The notes under the pieces: model-generated
Told to the model about the DNA's origin: nothing
Databases searched by the model: none
Seen by the model: only the letters and a program-made list of their open reading frames with translations
In this document: in pieces, positions 44,690-58,077 of the stretch
How the letters are laid out: each line of letters begins with the position of its first letter
How positions within the stretch are numbered: the first letter of the stretch is position 1
Position numbers and translations under genes: made by a program
Source: Eledone cirrhosa
Taxonomy: Eukaryota
Length of the DNA stretch: 64,000 bases
Direction of reading: 5' to 3'
Assembly: GCA_964016885.1 (NCBI GenBank)
Contig: OZ024751.1
Coordinates: 3,348,001-3,412,000 of the forward strand

Positions 44690-46760
44690 TTTACGGCAAA
44701 CCACACTATACATGAGATTACAGTGGAAAAATCCCTTCTTTCAGAATATGACATGGTTTCAGAATATGACATTTGTATCCTGAGATTCCACCAGCCGAAA
44801 GCTAATCATAGTGACCTCTCTCCAGTCCACCCATTTGATAACATGGATCGCTATAATGCCAACTGGGATGGAACCATAATGAGCTATCACATGTTGACTG
44901 GTCCTTTACACACGCACTCATTTCCATATACATCAGAACATCTTGGCAGATCATTGTAGACAATGTCACAAACATATGTGCAAAACACACCCCACCAAGA
45001 CCCGTGTACAAAACTAAGTGCAGTATTCCACGAAACAGAAGAACTATTATCAGAAAAATAAAAAGAACAAACAAAAAAATTAACACACTAAAATACTGCC
45101 AACAGGAACACGCACATTCGACAGTTATCGCACTGCTTCAATCAAATGAATATAACCTCAAACAGTGCCTTAAGACCACCATCAATAACCAAATAACAGC
45201 TGAGCAAAAATGGGCCATTGAGAAAATCAAACTCAACCCCAAAGTCTTCTTTTCATTTGCGAAAAAAACACAAGGTCACTGTCTCCACTGTTGGCCCTCT
45301 AGTTGATTAAAATGGCACACTCCAAGATAATGCCAAAACCATAGGTGAGATACTGCAGAAACAATACTGCTCTGTTTTCAGCAGTCCTGACATGACTGAT
45401 CTGGGCTGTATCAGTGATGTTAATCTCCAACACACTATATCGGACATAACGTTTGACGCCCCTGATGTCCTAGCGGCAATAAACGAAATTAAACACAATT
45501 TAGCAGTAGGCCCGAATAGGTTCCCTGCTTGTGTCCTGAAGGTGTGTCCACACCAACTTGCATCTCCTCATGCTAGTCTGTGGAGGAATTCCCTGGATGC
45601 TGGCTATATTCCTGAAAACTTTCTGTCCCAGTTTTCAAAAAGCGAAAAAAGTCCCTTGCAGTGAACTACCGTCCGATCTCACTCACCTCTCATATCAAGG
45701 TATTTGAGATGGTGGCGAGATCATGAATAACCCACTTTCTCGAAAGCAACAGACTGCTGAATTCCAACCAACACGGGTTTCGTAATAGAAGGGACTGCCT
45801 AACGCAGCACTTGCATCAATTTGATGATATTTTGAGAGCTTTGGGAGAGGGCTCTACCTTGATTTCAGGAAGGCCTTTGAAAATACTATCCTACATTGGT
45901 GTCTCTGGAAAGTTACTACAGTGGATCAAATGTTTCCTTCAGACAGATCCCAACATGTTGTAGTCGAATGAATAAAATCAAGCCCAGCCCATGTCACCAG
46001 TCGCGTTCCGCAAGGCACTGTGTTGGGTCCACTTCTTTTCATCATCTTCACTAATGACATTACTGACATCATCAAACACAGCAACATAAGAATTTCGCAG
46101 ATGATTCCAAGCTCCAAAGTGTTATCAATGGCGTGGGTGACCGGACTTGCCTTCAGTCAGACCTACTGGCTGTTATCCACTGGGCAGAAAAGTACAATAT
46201 GCTGTTGAATGAGCATAAGTTCGAGTTAATCCACTTTGGAAAAAAGGATGCCCTGAAACTTCCATACACTCTACCTTCAGGTGAAACTCTCGTGTCATCC
46301 AACAACATCAGAGACCTGGGAGTAATTGTGGACAAGAACATAAGCTGCGCCACTCATATAAACAGCAAAATTGACATGGTCCACTGAATGTGTTCCTGGA
46401 TTCTCAGAACTTTCCAGTTGAGAGATATCAACACTGTTATCCTTCTCTACTCCACTTTTGCCCGACCTTGAATACTGTGGTCCACAGTGGTCTCCCCACA
46501 CGAAACAAAATATCGTGAAAGTTGAAGCACCTCAAAGGTCAATTACAAAAAGATAGATGGAATGACAGGCCTTGACTATTGGAGTCGACTAGAAAAGCTC
46601 AACCTTTATTCTATCCAACGCTAGCGCTACATTATCTATATTATCTGCTTGATGTGGAATATATTCCATCAGCATTGTCCGAATGATGTTCGCATCACCT
46701 TTAAGGTACAACCAAGGCTTGGGCCCCGTGCTATCCGCCCACGAGAAAAATCTCGAAGTT
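44690..46760 (+). pseudogene. CR1/L2-group LINE ORF2 remnant (reverse transcriptase)
   Basis: NPKVFFSF, GPNRFP, NYRPISLTS, QHGFR, DFRKAF, VPQGTVLGPLLF, FADDSK, RDLGVIVD motifs with many stops and frameshifts. Confidence 0.88.
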
Positions 46761-47459
46761 ATATATATATATATATAAAACGGTAGATGTCTGTCTCTGT
46801 GTGTGTATGACTTTTATGCATTTCCACATTTCTCTACCGATTTTAATGAATTTTTTCAAATGTGCTCCAAATTTACCAGGGCAGGTCAACACGTGATTAC
46901 TTTTGCCAAAAATGTCCTGCTTCTATGAAAAAATCGATAAAACTAAATACAAGCTGTAACCCTCTCTCTTACACGCTTCATTCCTCTCACTACTACCATC
47001 AAAAATATATGAAACTACATACATGTTGCAACTCTCTTTAAAAGGTTCATATTTTCCTCTACTCCACTCTCAATCTCCTCTGCAACTCTCTTTAAAAGGT
47101 TCATCACTCTCTCTACTTCCCCCTCAATCTCCTCTGCAACTCTCTTTAAAAGGTTACTGCCTCCGTCTACTACCCTTTACAGTTTAGAACAACAAAACTT
47201 CTTTTGAAGGAACGCGACACAAACTTTGAAAACAACCATAGCTTTACTCTCTCCGTCACTCTTCCCTCTCTCTACAATAGAGTATTCCCACTCTCTATAG
47301 TCATAACGACACTCATACATCAAATATCAAAATTTAAAAAGCCGATAACACTAAATACATACTGCTCCCTCAACGTTACATTTTACCTCAAATAACAAAT
47401 ATTCAAAAGCAACAGATGAATTTATAAAACAACAAACGTAACAATAACGACCTCTCTAT

Positions 47460-47860
47460 AATTGAACAGCTTTACTCTCTCTGACGCTCTTCACTCCCTA
47501 TATGACAACACTGCAGAGAGAGAAACAATGTATATGATCAAATGGAGCGTTCCGTATATTCCCCCTCTCTATGATTTAACTGCTTTACTCTCTCTGTCTC
47601 TCTTCACTCCCTATATGACAACACTGCAGAGAGAGAAACAGTGTATATGATCAAATGGAAAGTTCCGTATATTCTCCCCCTCTATAATTTAACTGCTTTA
47701 CTCTCTCTGTCTCTCTTCAGACCCTATATGACAACACTGTGGAGAGAGAAACAATGTATATGATCAAATGGAGCGTTCCGTACCTCTCTATAATTTAATT
47801 GCTTTACTCTCTCTGTCGCTCTTCACTCTCTATATGACAACACTGCAGTGGAGCGTTCCG
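47460..47860 (+). repeat. ~115-120 bp tandem repeat (x3-4) inside the Helitron; ~55 bp x3 repeat at 47027-47155
   Basis: gctttactctctctg..ctatatgacaacactg..atgatcaaatgga recurs. Confidence 0.85.
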
Positions 47861-47964
47861 TATTGGCATACGGCTTATCTGAGGCATTTTCAATCGGCTT
47901 ATTGCAAATAACAACCCACAAAATAACACTTCATATAACAGATTAATGCTATAGACATATGAAT

Positions 47965-50821
47965 CGGAATGTAACCCGTGAACTTTTTCCTGGGCAAAAT
48001 TATTCGAACAGACATGACCTCATTGCCAGAGTGTAGAGACTGAAACTGGCTAAACTCATGGCTTTAATCAAAAAGGTCAGGTATTTTGGGCTGTAAAATG
48101 TGACATGTTCACCGTCGAATGGCAAAAACGAGGGCTGCCACATGCTCACATTTTGATTTGGTGAGCTGATAAAATCAATTCAAATGCCATAGACAGCTTC
48201 ATTTCGGCGGAAATCCCTAACCCAGCAACTGACCAGGAATTACATGACATCGTCAAAGCTAACATGGTCCGTGTGCGTCGGGTCCTAATGAGCATCACGC
48301 GTGTCTGAAAGGGGGGTCGTGCAGTAAGGGATACTCCAAAAATTTTTTTGACGAGACTCGGACTGGTGGCGATGGGTACCTCCTGTACAGGCGGAGACGG
48401 CCCGAGAACGGTGGCTTCACCACAACATAAAGGGAGGTCAAGTCGAAAATAGATGAGTGGTCCCTTACTGCTCACTTCTCTTGAAGATGTTAAACGCCCA
48501 CATCAACGTTGAGTTTTGCAACTCCGTCAAGTCTATAAAATACATATGCAAATATGTAAATAAGGGCTCTGATGAGGTCACAGAATACCTGGCGGGGCGG
48601 TACATCAGTAGCAATGAAGCATTTTGGCGCCTATTTGGTTTCCCCCTACACCAACGGCACCCCACCATCGTACAGCTTGCGGTACATTTGGAAAATGGGC
48701 ATAGGGTTTACTTTACGGACCAAACCGCTGCCAAGATGGCCGCCGATCCGAAAGAGACCACTCTGACGGGTTTCTTCAACTTTGCCAGTTCGATACATTT
48801 GCGCAAACAATTGTGTACCCCCAGGTTCCATCCGACTTTATATGGTCGAAAAACACTTGGGTGCGAAGAAAGTCAGGTCAGGCTGTTGAAAGACATCCTG
48901 GTGTAAATTTGACAGCTGTCTTGGAAGGGTTTACACTGTGCCCCCAAGTCAGCATGAGTGCTTTCACCACCGCCTTCTTCTGCATGAAGTTGTAGGCCCA
49001 CAAAGTTTTCAGGACCTCAAAACTGTTGATGGAGAAATATGTGATACGTACCGGGAAGCCTGCTTTAAGCGTGGTCTTCTGGAAGATGATTCGCAATGGG
49101 ATTCCACTTTAGCAAAGGGTGCTTTGTTGAAATCACCTAAAGGTCTACGGGAACACTTTGCCATTTTGCTTCAAAAGTGTGAATTGGGTGATCCCAAATC
49201 TTTATGGGTCAAGTACAGAGACTTCATGTCTGAGGATTTCCTGCGCCTGGCTCATCTGCAGTATCCTTCAGTGGAAGTTGCTTACAGCGGCATTATCTAC
49301 AACAGGGCACTCATTGATATCGAGGACGCCCTCCTCAACATGGATGGGAGTGAGTTGGCGACGTATGGCTTGCCGTCAACCGTCACAGATGAAGCTAACA
49401 CGTTGGCCCCGGATTTGTTGCGGGAAACAGCATATGACACCGAATCTCTTTCCCAATACTTAGAGGAAAATGAGCCCAAACGTCTGTTGGACCAAAGGTT
49501 GGCCTATTTACCTATCATTGACGAGGTTCAAAATCAGACTGGGGGTATTTACTTTCTCGATGCTCCTGGGGGTACCGGAAAAACTTTTGTAACAAAATTG
49601 ATTCCCACTAAGATTCGTCAGGAGAAAAAAATTGCGTTGGCCGTTGCATCGTCCGGGATCGCTGCTACTTTGCTGCCGAGAGGCAGGACAGCACATTCAA
49701 CCTTTAAACACCCCTTGGATTTAGTAAAAACTGAGACACCAACATGCAATATCAGCAAGAGCTCACACGAAGCTCTGGTTCTCAAAAAATGTTCCCTATT
49801 GTTTGGGATTAGTGCACCATGGCACACAAGGGTGCCCTTGAGGCATTGGACGGGACCCTGATAGACATTAGGGATTCTACGGCTCCTATGGGTGGTGTAA
49901 ACCTTCTGCTATCAGGGGATTTTCGGCAAACGCTGCCTGTCATCCCCAAAGGGACAAGAGCTGATGAAGTGCGTGTCTGCCTTAAGTCGTCCATGTTGTG
50001 GCTCCAGGTGAAGACTTTGTACCTGAGCACAAATATGCGTACTCATTTGCATGGTACAACATGTCTGAAGCATTTGCTCAGAACATTTTAGCACTTGGTG
50101 AGGGCAAGGTCCCTGCGGATGACAAGGGCGGCATATCAATCGACTCCCTGTGCACCATTGTGAGCAGCCCTTCTGACCTTTGGGAGGCAGTTTTTCCTAA
50201 TGTCTCATCTAACTTAAAAAACTTCGATTGGCTCAGCGAAAGAGCCATCCTTGCTCCGAAAAATGCCATGGTTAATTTTATTAACGAGCAGCTGATTGAG
50301 AAAATTCCCGGTAAAGAGCACATCTTCAAATCTATCAACCGGACGTCAGACCCCGACGATATGGTTAATTATCCGGTTGAGTAATTAAATTCCCTTGAGC
50401 CTCCAGGGCTCCCACCTCACATTCTTAAGCTTAGGGTTGGCTGTCTCATTATGCTAATAAGGAAATTGCGCCCACCAAAGCAGTGCAACGGTACTCGCAT
50501 GGTCGTCAAGTCACTGACGCCCCAGTTGATTGAGACCACCATTGTAACGGAGTGCGGGAGAGGGGAGAATGTTTTCATTCGGCGTCAGATATCCCGTTCG
50601 ATTTCCGGCGATCCCAATTCCCGATGAGACCATGTTTTGCCATGTCCATTAACAAGTCACAAGGGCAAACATTGTCGGTGGCGGGCATCCATTTGGGGGA
50701 GCCATGCTTCTCCCATGGTCAACTTTATGTTGCCTGTTCCCACGTAGGGAGCAGGAATGTACTTTTTGCTTACACTCCTCAAGGGATGACACGCAATATC
50801 GTCTACAAAGAGATGCTATAG
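47965..50821 (+). pseudogene. Helitron RepHel (HUH replication initiator + Pif1-family helicase), frameshifted and deleted
   Basis: RHDLIARV, VEWQKRGLPHAHILIW (HUH), KYICKYVNKG, FLDAPGGTGKT, GRTAHSTF, GDFRQTLPV, QFP..FAMSINKSQGQTL, FSHGQLYVA. Confidence 0.95.
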
Positions 50822-51138
50822 ATGTTGGTGCAGGTGCTGGAGCTATGCCGTCTGGAAAACTGGTAGGGTCACCCATAGATGACAGATCTGACACCCAGCG
50901 GCATCAGGGCCACCATCTTGCAACTTTGGTCTGCTAAATTCGCTATTGGAAGATTATTAACCCATCATTGATTGTCCAAAATGCTAATTGGTTCGTAACT
51001 TTTAATAACCGGTTCAACTGCTTTATGCACTTAATTGATAAGCTTATTCGCTTTCAAGCCACGTTTACCTGTATATAACTTTTCATGGCAAATGAATAAA
51101 CCCGAGCAACGCCGGGCTAAACTGCTAGTATATATACA

Positions 51139-51394
51139 TATATATATAAAACGGAAGATTTTTATGCTTTTCCACATTTATCTACCGATTTTGATTTTGA
51201 TGCTTTTTTTCCCAATGTGCTCCAAATTTACCAAGGATGGTCAACGCGTAATAAACTTTGCCAAAAATTTCCTGCTTCAATGAAAAAAAATCGACAAAAC
51301 TAAATACATGCTGTAACCCTCTCTCTTACACGCTTATTCACTCTGTCTACTACCATCAACAATCTATGAAACTACATACATGTTGCAACTCTCT
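51139..51394 (+). mobile_element. Second copy of the Helitron 5' end, directly after the 3' CTAG
   Basis: Colinear with 46770-47035. Confidence 0.8.
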
Positions 51395-51512
51395 CTATAT
51401 ATATATATCACACACACACACATAATCATATATATCTAAAGAGAGAAAGGGAGATGTAGAGAGAGAGTGTGTGAGATAGGTCGTTATACAGAGAGATGTA
51501 CAAGATAATCAG

Positions 51513-51580
<68 letters not shown>

Positions 51581-52149
51581 GCGACGAACGCTAGTTCACA
51601 CACACACACACACACAAACACATATATATGTAAAGACAGAGAGAGAGAAGGAGCTCTGCGCGTTCTTTATTGTTCTCCATTCTGTAGAGGAAGAGAGAGA
51701 GAGAGAGGGGGTATGAGTGAGAGAGAGAGCGTATGAGAAAAAAGGGAGAGGGTTTGAGAAAGAAAGAAAGTTTAAGCAAAGAATCGCTGCTTTCAACATT
51801 AACGAGATCTTCTGAAACTCAAAAATTCAATCTGTGAACGCAGAATTAAATATTTCGAGAAACGTTGCAACCGAAGGAAAACAGGAAGACGATATTTTGG
51901 TTCGTGAAGACGTTCCCTGGAAAATGAACGGAAAAAAAGCGAGGATAATACGTCGTTATGTGGACCGAAAAGAACAATTTCATGCAAAGACGAGACCAAG
52001 TTTATGGTTTAAATGGAGTCGTTAGACTAATATTCTATTTAAAATTACCGAATGATCACCAGCCCCGGACTTTAAGAATGATGCAAATAAAATTGTAAAC
52101 GAAAATAACAAAGGTTATTAAAATAGTTGTTTCTACTTTTGGCATAGGT

Positions 52150-52557
52150 TACTTATGTACTCCGGATGGTCATGGGCACTTTCATTTTTCCAGATATTGA
52201 TTATAGGGCCTCCCGGCAGATAACCCCCTTTAAACACTTCCTTGGAGTCGACTGAAGCACTGCAGTGCAATGCATTTGCATTGCACTGCAGTGCTTCAGT
52301 CATAACGTCATAACTTCTGGAGTTCGCAACCGATTTTCACAAAACTTGACACATAGGCTACGTTTGTTCTACAGATGAATGTGAACTCTAAGAATTGGCA
52401 CATATTGAGTAGGGGACCCCTAGGGGCAGTAATCCCCTTTTGGAAAAAGCCGAAGATTTTGTAAAAGTATAGTTTTCGAAGCAGCACTAAAGTATTGACA
52501 TAATTGGTATACATAACTGCTATTTAATAACCGAGCAACGCCGGGTACCTCTGCTAG
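52150..52557 (+). mobile_element. Non-autonomous Helitron 3' portion with an internal 25 bp-arm palindrome
   Basis: Ends ccgagcaacgccgggtacctctgCTAG|T. Confidence 0.7.
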
Positions 52558-52619
52558 TATATATATATATAAAATATATATATATATATATATATAATAT
52601 ATATAATATATATTTATAA

Positions 52620-53531
52620 TCTATATATATAAAACTGAGGATCTCTGTCTGTGTGTGTGTGAGTTTGAATCCCTAAAACTCGAGAAACCACCTAACCGAC
52701 TGTTTTCAAACTTTACACATGTAATACTTATTTCTCAGGGAGTGTTCTGAGCAAAAACAATCTCAAATTTTCAATGCCCTAGGGAGCACATTAGGCGATC
52801 AACGATCTCTCTCTATAATTCTTAGTCTTTCTCTTTTTAGATAGATACATACATATAACGGCGCGCCCTTATAATATCTGTCTGTATGTCTGGCTATCTG
52901 CATTACGTCACTTCCCTGAGGATGTCTGTCTGTCTGTGTGTGTGTGTGTGTGTGTGTCTGTGAGTTTGAATTCCTAAAACTCGAGAAGTGCCCAACCGAT
53001 GTTTTTCAAACTTTACATGTGTATTACCTATGTTTCAGGGAGTGTTGATCTCCTAGTGCCCGCATTAGGTGAAAAACTGCGTTTTACAAGCTTTTTAGGG
53101 GTTTTTTGAAGCGTTACGTCAGACCGATTTCCTTGAAATTGTAACTATGTATTAGTCAGTCTCTTCTTCATACCGTGAGAAAAGAAAATCCAACTTTTTT
53201 TTATGGCCTAGGGCCCGCATTAGGTGAATAACTTCATTTTTTCAGTTTTTTATGGCTTTTTGGAGACGTTACGTCTAGCCGATTTCCCCGAAATTTCAAG
53301 GCATATTATGCACATAAAAAAAATCATTTTCTTTATCCCCTAGGGCCCACATTAGGTGAAAACCTGCATTTTCCTGCTTCATTGAGGAAAATCTTAAAGA
53401 TTATCCAGCCATCAGAGTATTCTGTTTATTTTCTTTACATGTCGAGGCATGCAGTTTTTCCACGAATAGGTTTGTTGGCGGCCCGCGTTCCAAAATACCT
53501 TATCCCGTGCAACGCCGGGTACCACTGCTAG
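52620..53531 (+). mobile_element. Non-autonomous Helitron, complete termini
   Basis: A|TC start, cccgtgcaacgccggg hairpin, CTAG|T end; inserted at an AT dinucleotide. Confidence 0.9.
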
Positions 53532-53597
53532 TATTTATATATAATGTATATATATATATTATATATATATAATATATATATTATATATATATATATA

Positions 53598-54421
53598 TTC
53601 TTGGTTGTCCATCATAATATATATATATTATATATATATATATATTCTTGGTTGTCCATCATAAGCGATGATGACATCTTTATTTTATTTTAGTTCCCGT
53701 CTGCCATAGGCACGAAGGTGGCTGTGGAGGCCGATCCTTGACTTGCAGGTCTGGGGACAGTGGGGGTGCCTCTCTCCCATGGACTTCCTTGGCTGCAGTG
53801 GATGGCCACGACGTCTGTAGTACCTAACCGTGCCCCAGCGCTCAACACCGCTTGCTGTTGCCGCCTTCGTGACTGTTGGGACGATGTTGTCCTCCTCCAT
53901 TCACTCCGCTGGGTCCAGCCTTCGCATGCATGGGCAGGCATCCCCTATCTAACTCACCGGGGGGTTTCAGACCCGTCAGGCTACCCTCAACCTGGTTCGG
54001 CCCGCCAAGGCGGTTTACCAGGGTGTGGCCGCTGTCGCATGCTACAGCTTCTTGGGGCCACAGGTGAGAGCTGAGTGTCAGGTGGGACCCAGTGCAGGAC
54101 GGGCTGTCCTGAAAAAGGCATGGCTAGCACCAAACAGAGGTACATTCTCCTCCCTGACCCCCCAGGCATATACACACGTATATACATACATATACATATG
54201 TACATGTGTATATACATATTTACTCATTTTTGGAAGACCGTTGACTCTTATCAGTTCTTCCGCACTTTTTCAAGTTTTCTTTTCTTTTTTGTCCTGCACG
54301 GTGTCCAAAAACACCATCCTCACCAAGTGAACTTGGTGGGGTTGCCAGTTTAGTCGCCGACGATCCGACCATGCGACAGGTTGTACTGGTTTACATGTTG
54401 CCAGTAGCACTCAAAAGTGAC
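53598..54421 (-). mobile_element. Non-autonomous RTE/BovB-like element (5' UTR fused to C-terminal zinc-finger tail)
   Basis: HPHCPQTCKSRIGLHSHLRAY is the RTE-BovB-type C2H2 terminus; GC-rich 5' UTR; repeated tail atgatggacaaccaagaa. Confidence 0.7.
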
Positions 54422-54839
54422 CTAACAATAATATTATATATATATATATAATATATAGTGGTGGAACACTGGAAGGTAATATCCGTAGTGGTAGAGCACT
54501 CAGTCCATGGGACGAGTTAGGTAGAAGTGGTTACACAACAGTTAGTTCGCCATACTGAGAACAATTGTTTCACTTTAGCGGATCCTCTATATAAATATAA
54601 TATTTATATATAATATATTATGTATCTGTATATATATATAAAAAATATATATATATATAAAATATATATATATATATATAATAATGTCTCATATAAAATA
54701 ATACAACCAATTATCCACGTAATACTTATTAGTTAGCACCCAAACACTAAATTGGGATGATTCTTAAGTATATCCTAATGTTTGTTGAGTGAGATGGAGT
54801 TGGTCGGAGTATCGCTTAAGGCTTTCTCTGTTTATGTAT

Positions 54840-54841
54840 CG

Positions 54842-54903
<62 letters not shown>

Positions 54904-54990
54904 GCATATATATAATATATGCATATATATATATATATAATATATGCATATATATATATATATATATAATATATGCATATATATAATATA

Positions 54991-55026
<36 letters not shown>

Positions 55027-55052
55027 GCATATATATATATATATATAATATA

Positions 55053-55113
<61 letters not shown>

Positions 55114-55437
55114 CACATATATATATATAATATACACATATATATATAATATACACATATATATATAATATACACATATATATATATAATATATACATAA
55201 TATACACATATATATATAATATACACATATATATATAATATATACATAATATACATATATATATATATAATATATACATAATATACATATATATATATAT
55301 AATATATACATAATATACACATATATATAATATATACATATATATATATATAAATATATATAATATATACATATATATATATATAATATATACATAATAT
55401 ACACATATATATAATATATACATATATATATATATAA

Positions 55438-55506
<69 letters not shown>

Positions 55507-55531
55507 TATATATAATATATACATATATATA

Positions 55532-55590
<59 letters not shown>
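54840..55590. repeat. (TA)n-derived minisatellite (tatataatatacaca / tatgca units)
   Basis: Visible run; a similar block lies at 56255-56580. Confidence 0.95.
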
Positions 55591-55591
<1 letters not shown>

Positions 55592-56252
55592 CAATATATT
55601 TAGAAACACACAGATACATGCGGACACACACATATATACATGAATGCATCCGCACCCAACTGTGAGTTAAGGGTGCCAACTTCACCGATGTTGCTCAATG
55701 AATGACTGGGACAGACCAATTCAGTTGAACTAGACTGAACCAGTATCAAAGTTAAAAATACATTATGAAGAGAGAAGAAACATTTAGATATAATGAGTAA
55801 TAAAATGTATCATACCTAAACTGCTCCTAAATTCCTCGACTACGTAGTTTCGTGGCATAAACAAAAACAATATATCATAAAGATATAGAGTCCTTGCGAG
55901 GTCTTCCGACTTATCAAGAGGATACCTCATTTTACTAGTCTCAAGAACGCGTCTACACGATGTGAGAAAGAATCCCAAAAGGCGGAGGGGGAGATAGTCA
56001 CGCGATATAACGGTCGAGAAACAGAGCTAAGCCTCTTATAACCCCGAAGAAAATACCACGGAGGCGGAGGGGGTATTTATATCGAGGCCGTAGAAGAGGT
56101 GGTGAAGAAGGCGAGAAGTATGAGTAATGGAAGCTTTATGATATATTGTTTTTGTTTATGCCACGAAACTACGTAGTCGAGGAATTTAGGAGCAGTTTAG
56201 GTATGATACATTTTATTACTAATTATATCTAAATGTTTCTTCTCTCTTCATA

Positions 56253-56255
<3 letters not shown>
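55590..56255 (-). mobile_element. Minimal PLE insertion with inverted terminus (55763-55881 / 56134-56252)
   Basis: ~118 bp inverted arms, hammerhead motif, TA-rich flanks. Confidence 0.75.
55832..55923 (-). ncRNA. Type-I hammerhead with compensated U3-A8 core (UUGAUAA)
   Basis: Minus strand: tcctc-TTGATAA-gtcgg(~50 nt)ccac-GAAA-ctacgtag(palindrome)-TC-gagga. Confidence 0.7.
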
Positions 56256-56321
<66 letters not shown>

Positions 56322-56688
56322 TATATAATATATACATATATATAATATATACATATATATAATATATACATATATATAATATATACATATATATAATATA
56401 TACATATATATATATATAATATATACATATATATATATAATATATATATATATATATAATATATACATATATATATATAATATATAATATATACATATAT
56501 ATAATATATACATATATATAATATATACATATATATAATATATACATATATATAATATATACATATATATATATATATGTGAATGAAGTAATTCCATCGG
56601 AAAAGTCCAGGAAAAAAGAGTGCTCTATGTATGCAACAGAGCTTAATTATTATTATTATTATGTAATAAACAACATAAGGCAATTATT

Positions 56689-56744
56689 CCATTTACCAGT
56701 GGTTTCTTAAAAGCAAAAGGTTTTGCTTTCAATCCTCAGAACGG
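56689..56744 (-). ncRNA. Type-I hammerhead ribozyme (GUA site)
   Basis: ccgtt-CTGAGGA-ttgaaagcaaaa(cc)ttttgcttttaa-GAAA-ccactgg-TA-aatgg. Confidence 0.75.
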
Positions 56745-56906
56745 GAAAAAGCTGGTTTGTTTATTGAATTTGGATTACAAACCAAAAAATACAATCTATA
56801 TGAAAGTGAGGCTGGAGAAGGGAGAAGGAAAGGAAAAATAAAATAAAATAAAACGACGCATGCAAACACACACACAAAAAAAAACAAAAGCATACTTACA
56901 CACACT

Positions 56907-56995
<89 letters not shown>

Positions 56996-57112
56996 GTGTG
57001 TGTGTACGCATACACACATACACATACACACATATATATAAAAAACGTACACTTACCTACACAAGCACATATATACACACATATACACATACATACATTA
57101 ATGCATATACAC

Positions 57113-57160
<48 letters not shown>

Positions 57161-57164
57161 CCAC

Positions 57165-57197
<33 letters not shown>

Positions 57198-57312
57198 CAC
57201 ATATATATACATATACGCACACACACACACACATATATATACATACATAGCTAAACAATTATACACATGCAAATACGTATATATCAAAAACACGCACAAC
57301 CAAAAAACAAAT

Positions 57313-57363
<51 letters not shown>

Positions 57364-57401
57364 CATAAAAAAATAATAAAATAATAAACACACACACACA
57401 T

Positions 57402-57480
<79 letters not shown>

Positions 57481-57646
57481 CATACACACACATTTACACA
57501 CATACGTACATATACACATGTGCATACACATACACACACACATATATACATGTGTGTATGTGTAAAACTCAGTATTAGCAAAGACAAATGAACCTTACAT
57601 AAACGTATATATAGTAGTAAGGTAATAAAGCAACATAAGGCAATTA

Positions 57647-57706
57647 TTCCATTCACCAGAGGTTTCTTAAAAGCAAAAAATGTTTCCTTCAGTCTTCAGA
57701 ATGAAA
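57647..57706 (-). ncRNA. Hammerhead motif with non-canonical GUG site (mirror copy 61461-61520 plus)
   Basis: tttcatt-CTGAAGA-ctgaagg..cttttaa-GAAA-cctctgg-TG-aatggaa. Confidence 0.6.
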
Positions 57707-57784
57707 AAAAGTGAAAAAGACCTGGTTTATCCACGTATACAAACATATACATACACAAATATACATATATATACACATACACAA

Positions 57785-57845
<61 letters not shown>

Positions 57846-58077
57846 TACATACACACCCATATATACATACACACATATATATATACACACAAAAATACAT
57901 ACACATACACATAGGTATGTGGAGGGCAAAACAAAAATAATATATGGGGGGGGGGGCTAAGAGGAGGTAAAAATATAAGGGGAGGTAAGAGAGAAAATTT
58001 TTTTAAATATACAAGAGTACAGAAAGTAGAATCAGCAAAATAAAAACCGTAGCAGACGTAAAGAGCAGAGAAGGAGT

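Larger units (their letters stand above)
46761..51128 (+). mobile_element. Helitron, decayed autonomous copy
   Basis: RepHel remnant; 3' hairpin cccgagcaacgccggg followed by CTAG|T at 51125-51128. Confidence 0.92.

Noticed and set aside
48938-50821. Host PIF1 helicase gene
   Set aside because: Linked to HUH Rep motifs and Helitron termini, intronless and frameshifted.
48146-50937. Short antisense and alternate-frame ORFs over the Helitron, LINE and PLE coding regions
   Set aside because: They overlap clearly identifiable TE domains on the other strand or frame and have no independent motifs.
54555-54590. Minus-strand GAAA-caattg-TT hammerhead half (similar half at 6421-6450)
   Set aside because: The CUGANGA strand is missing (truncated by a TA run or another insertion), so it is not called as a ribozyme.
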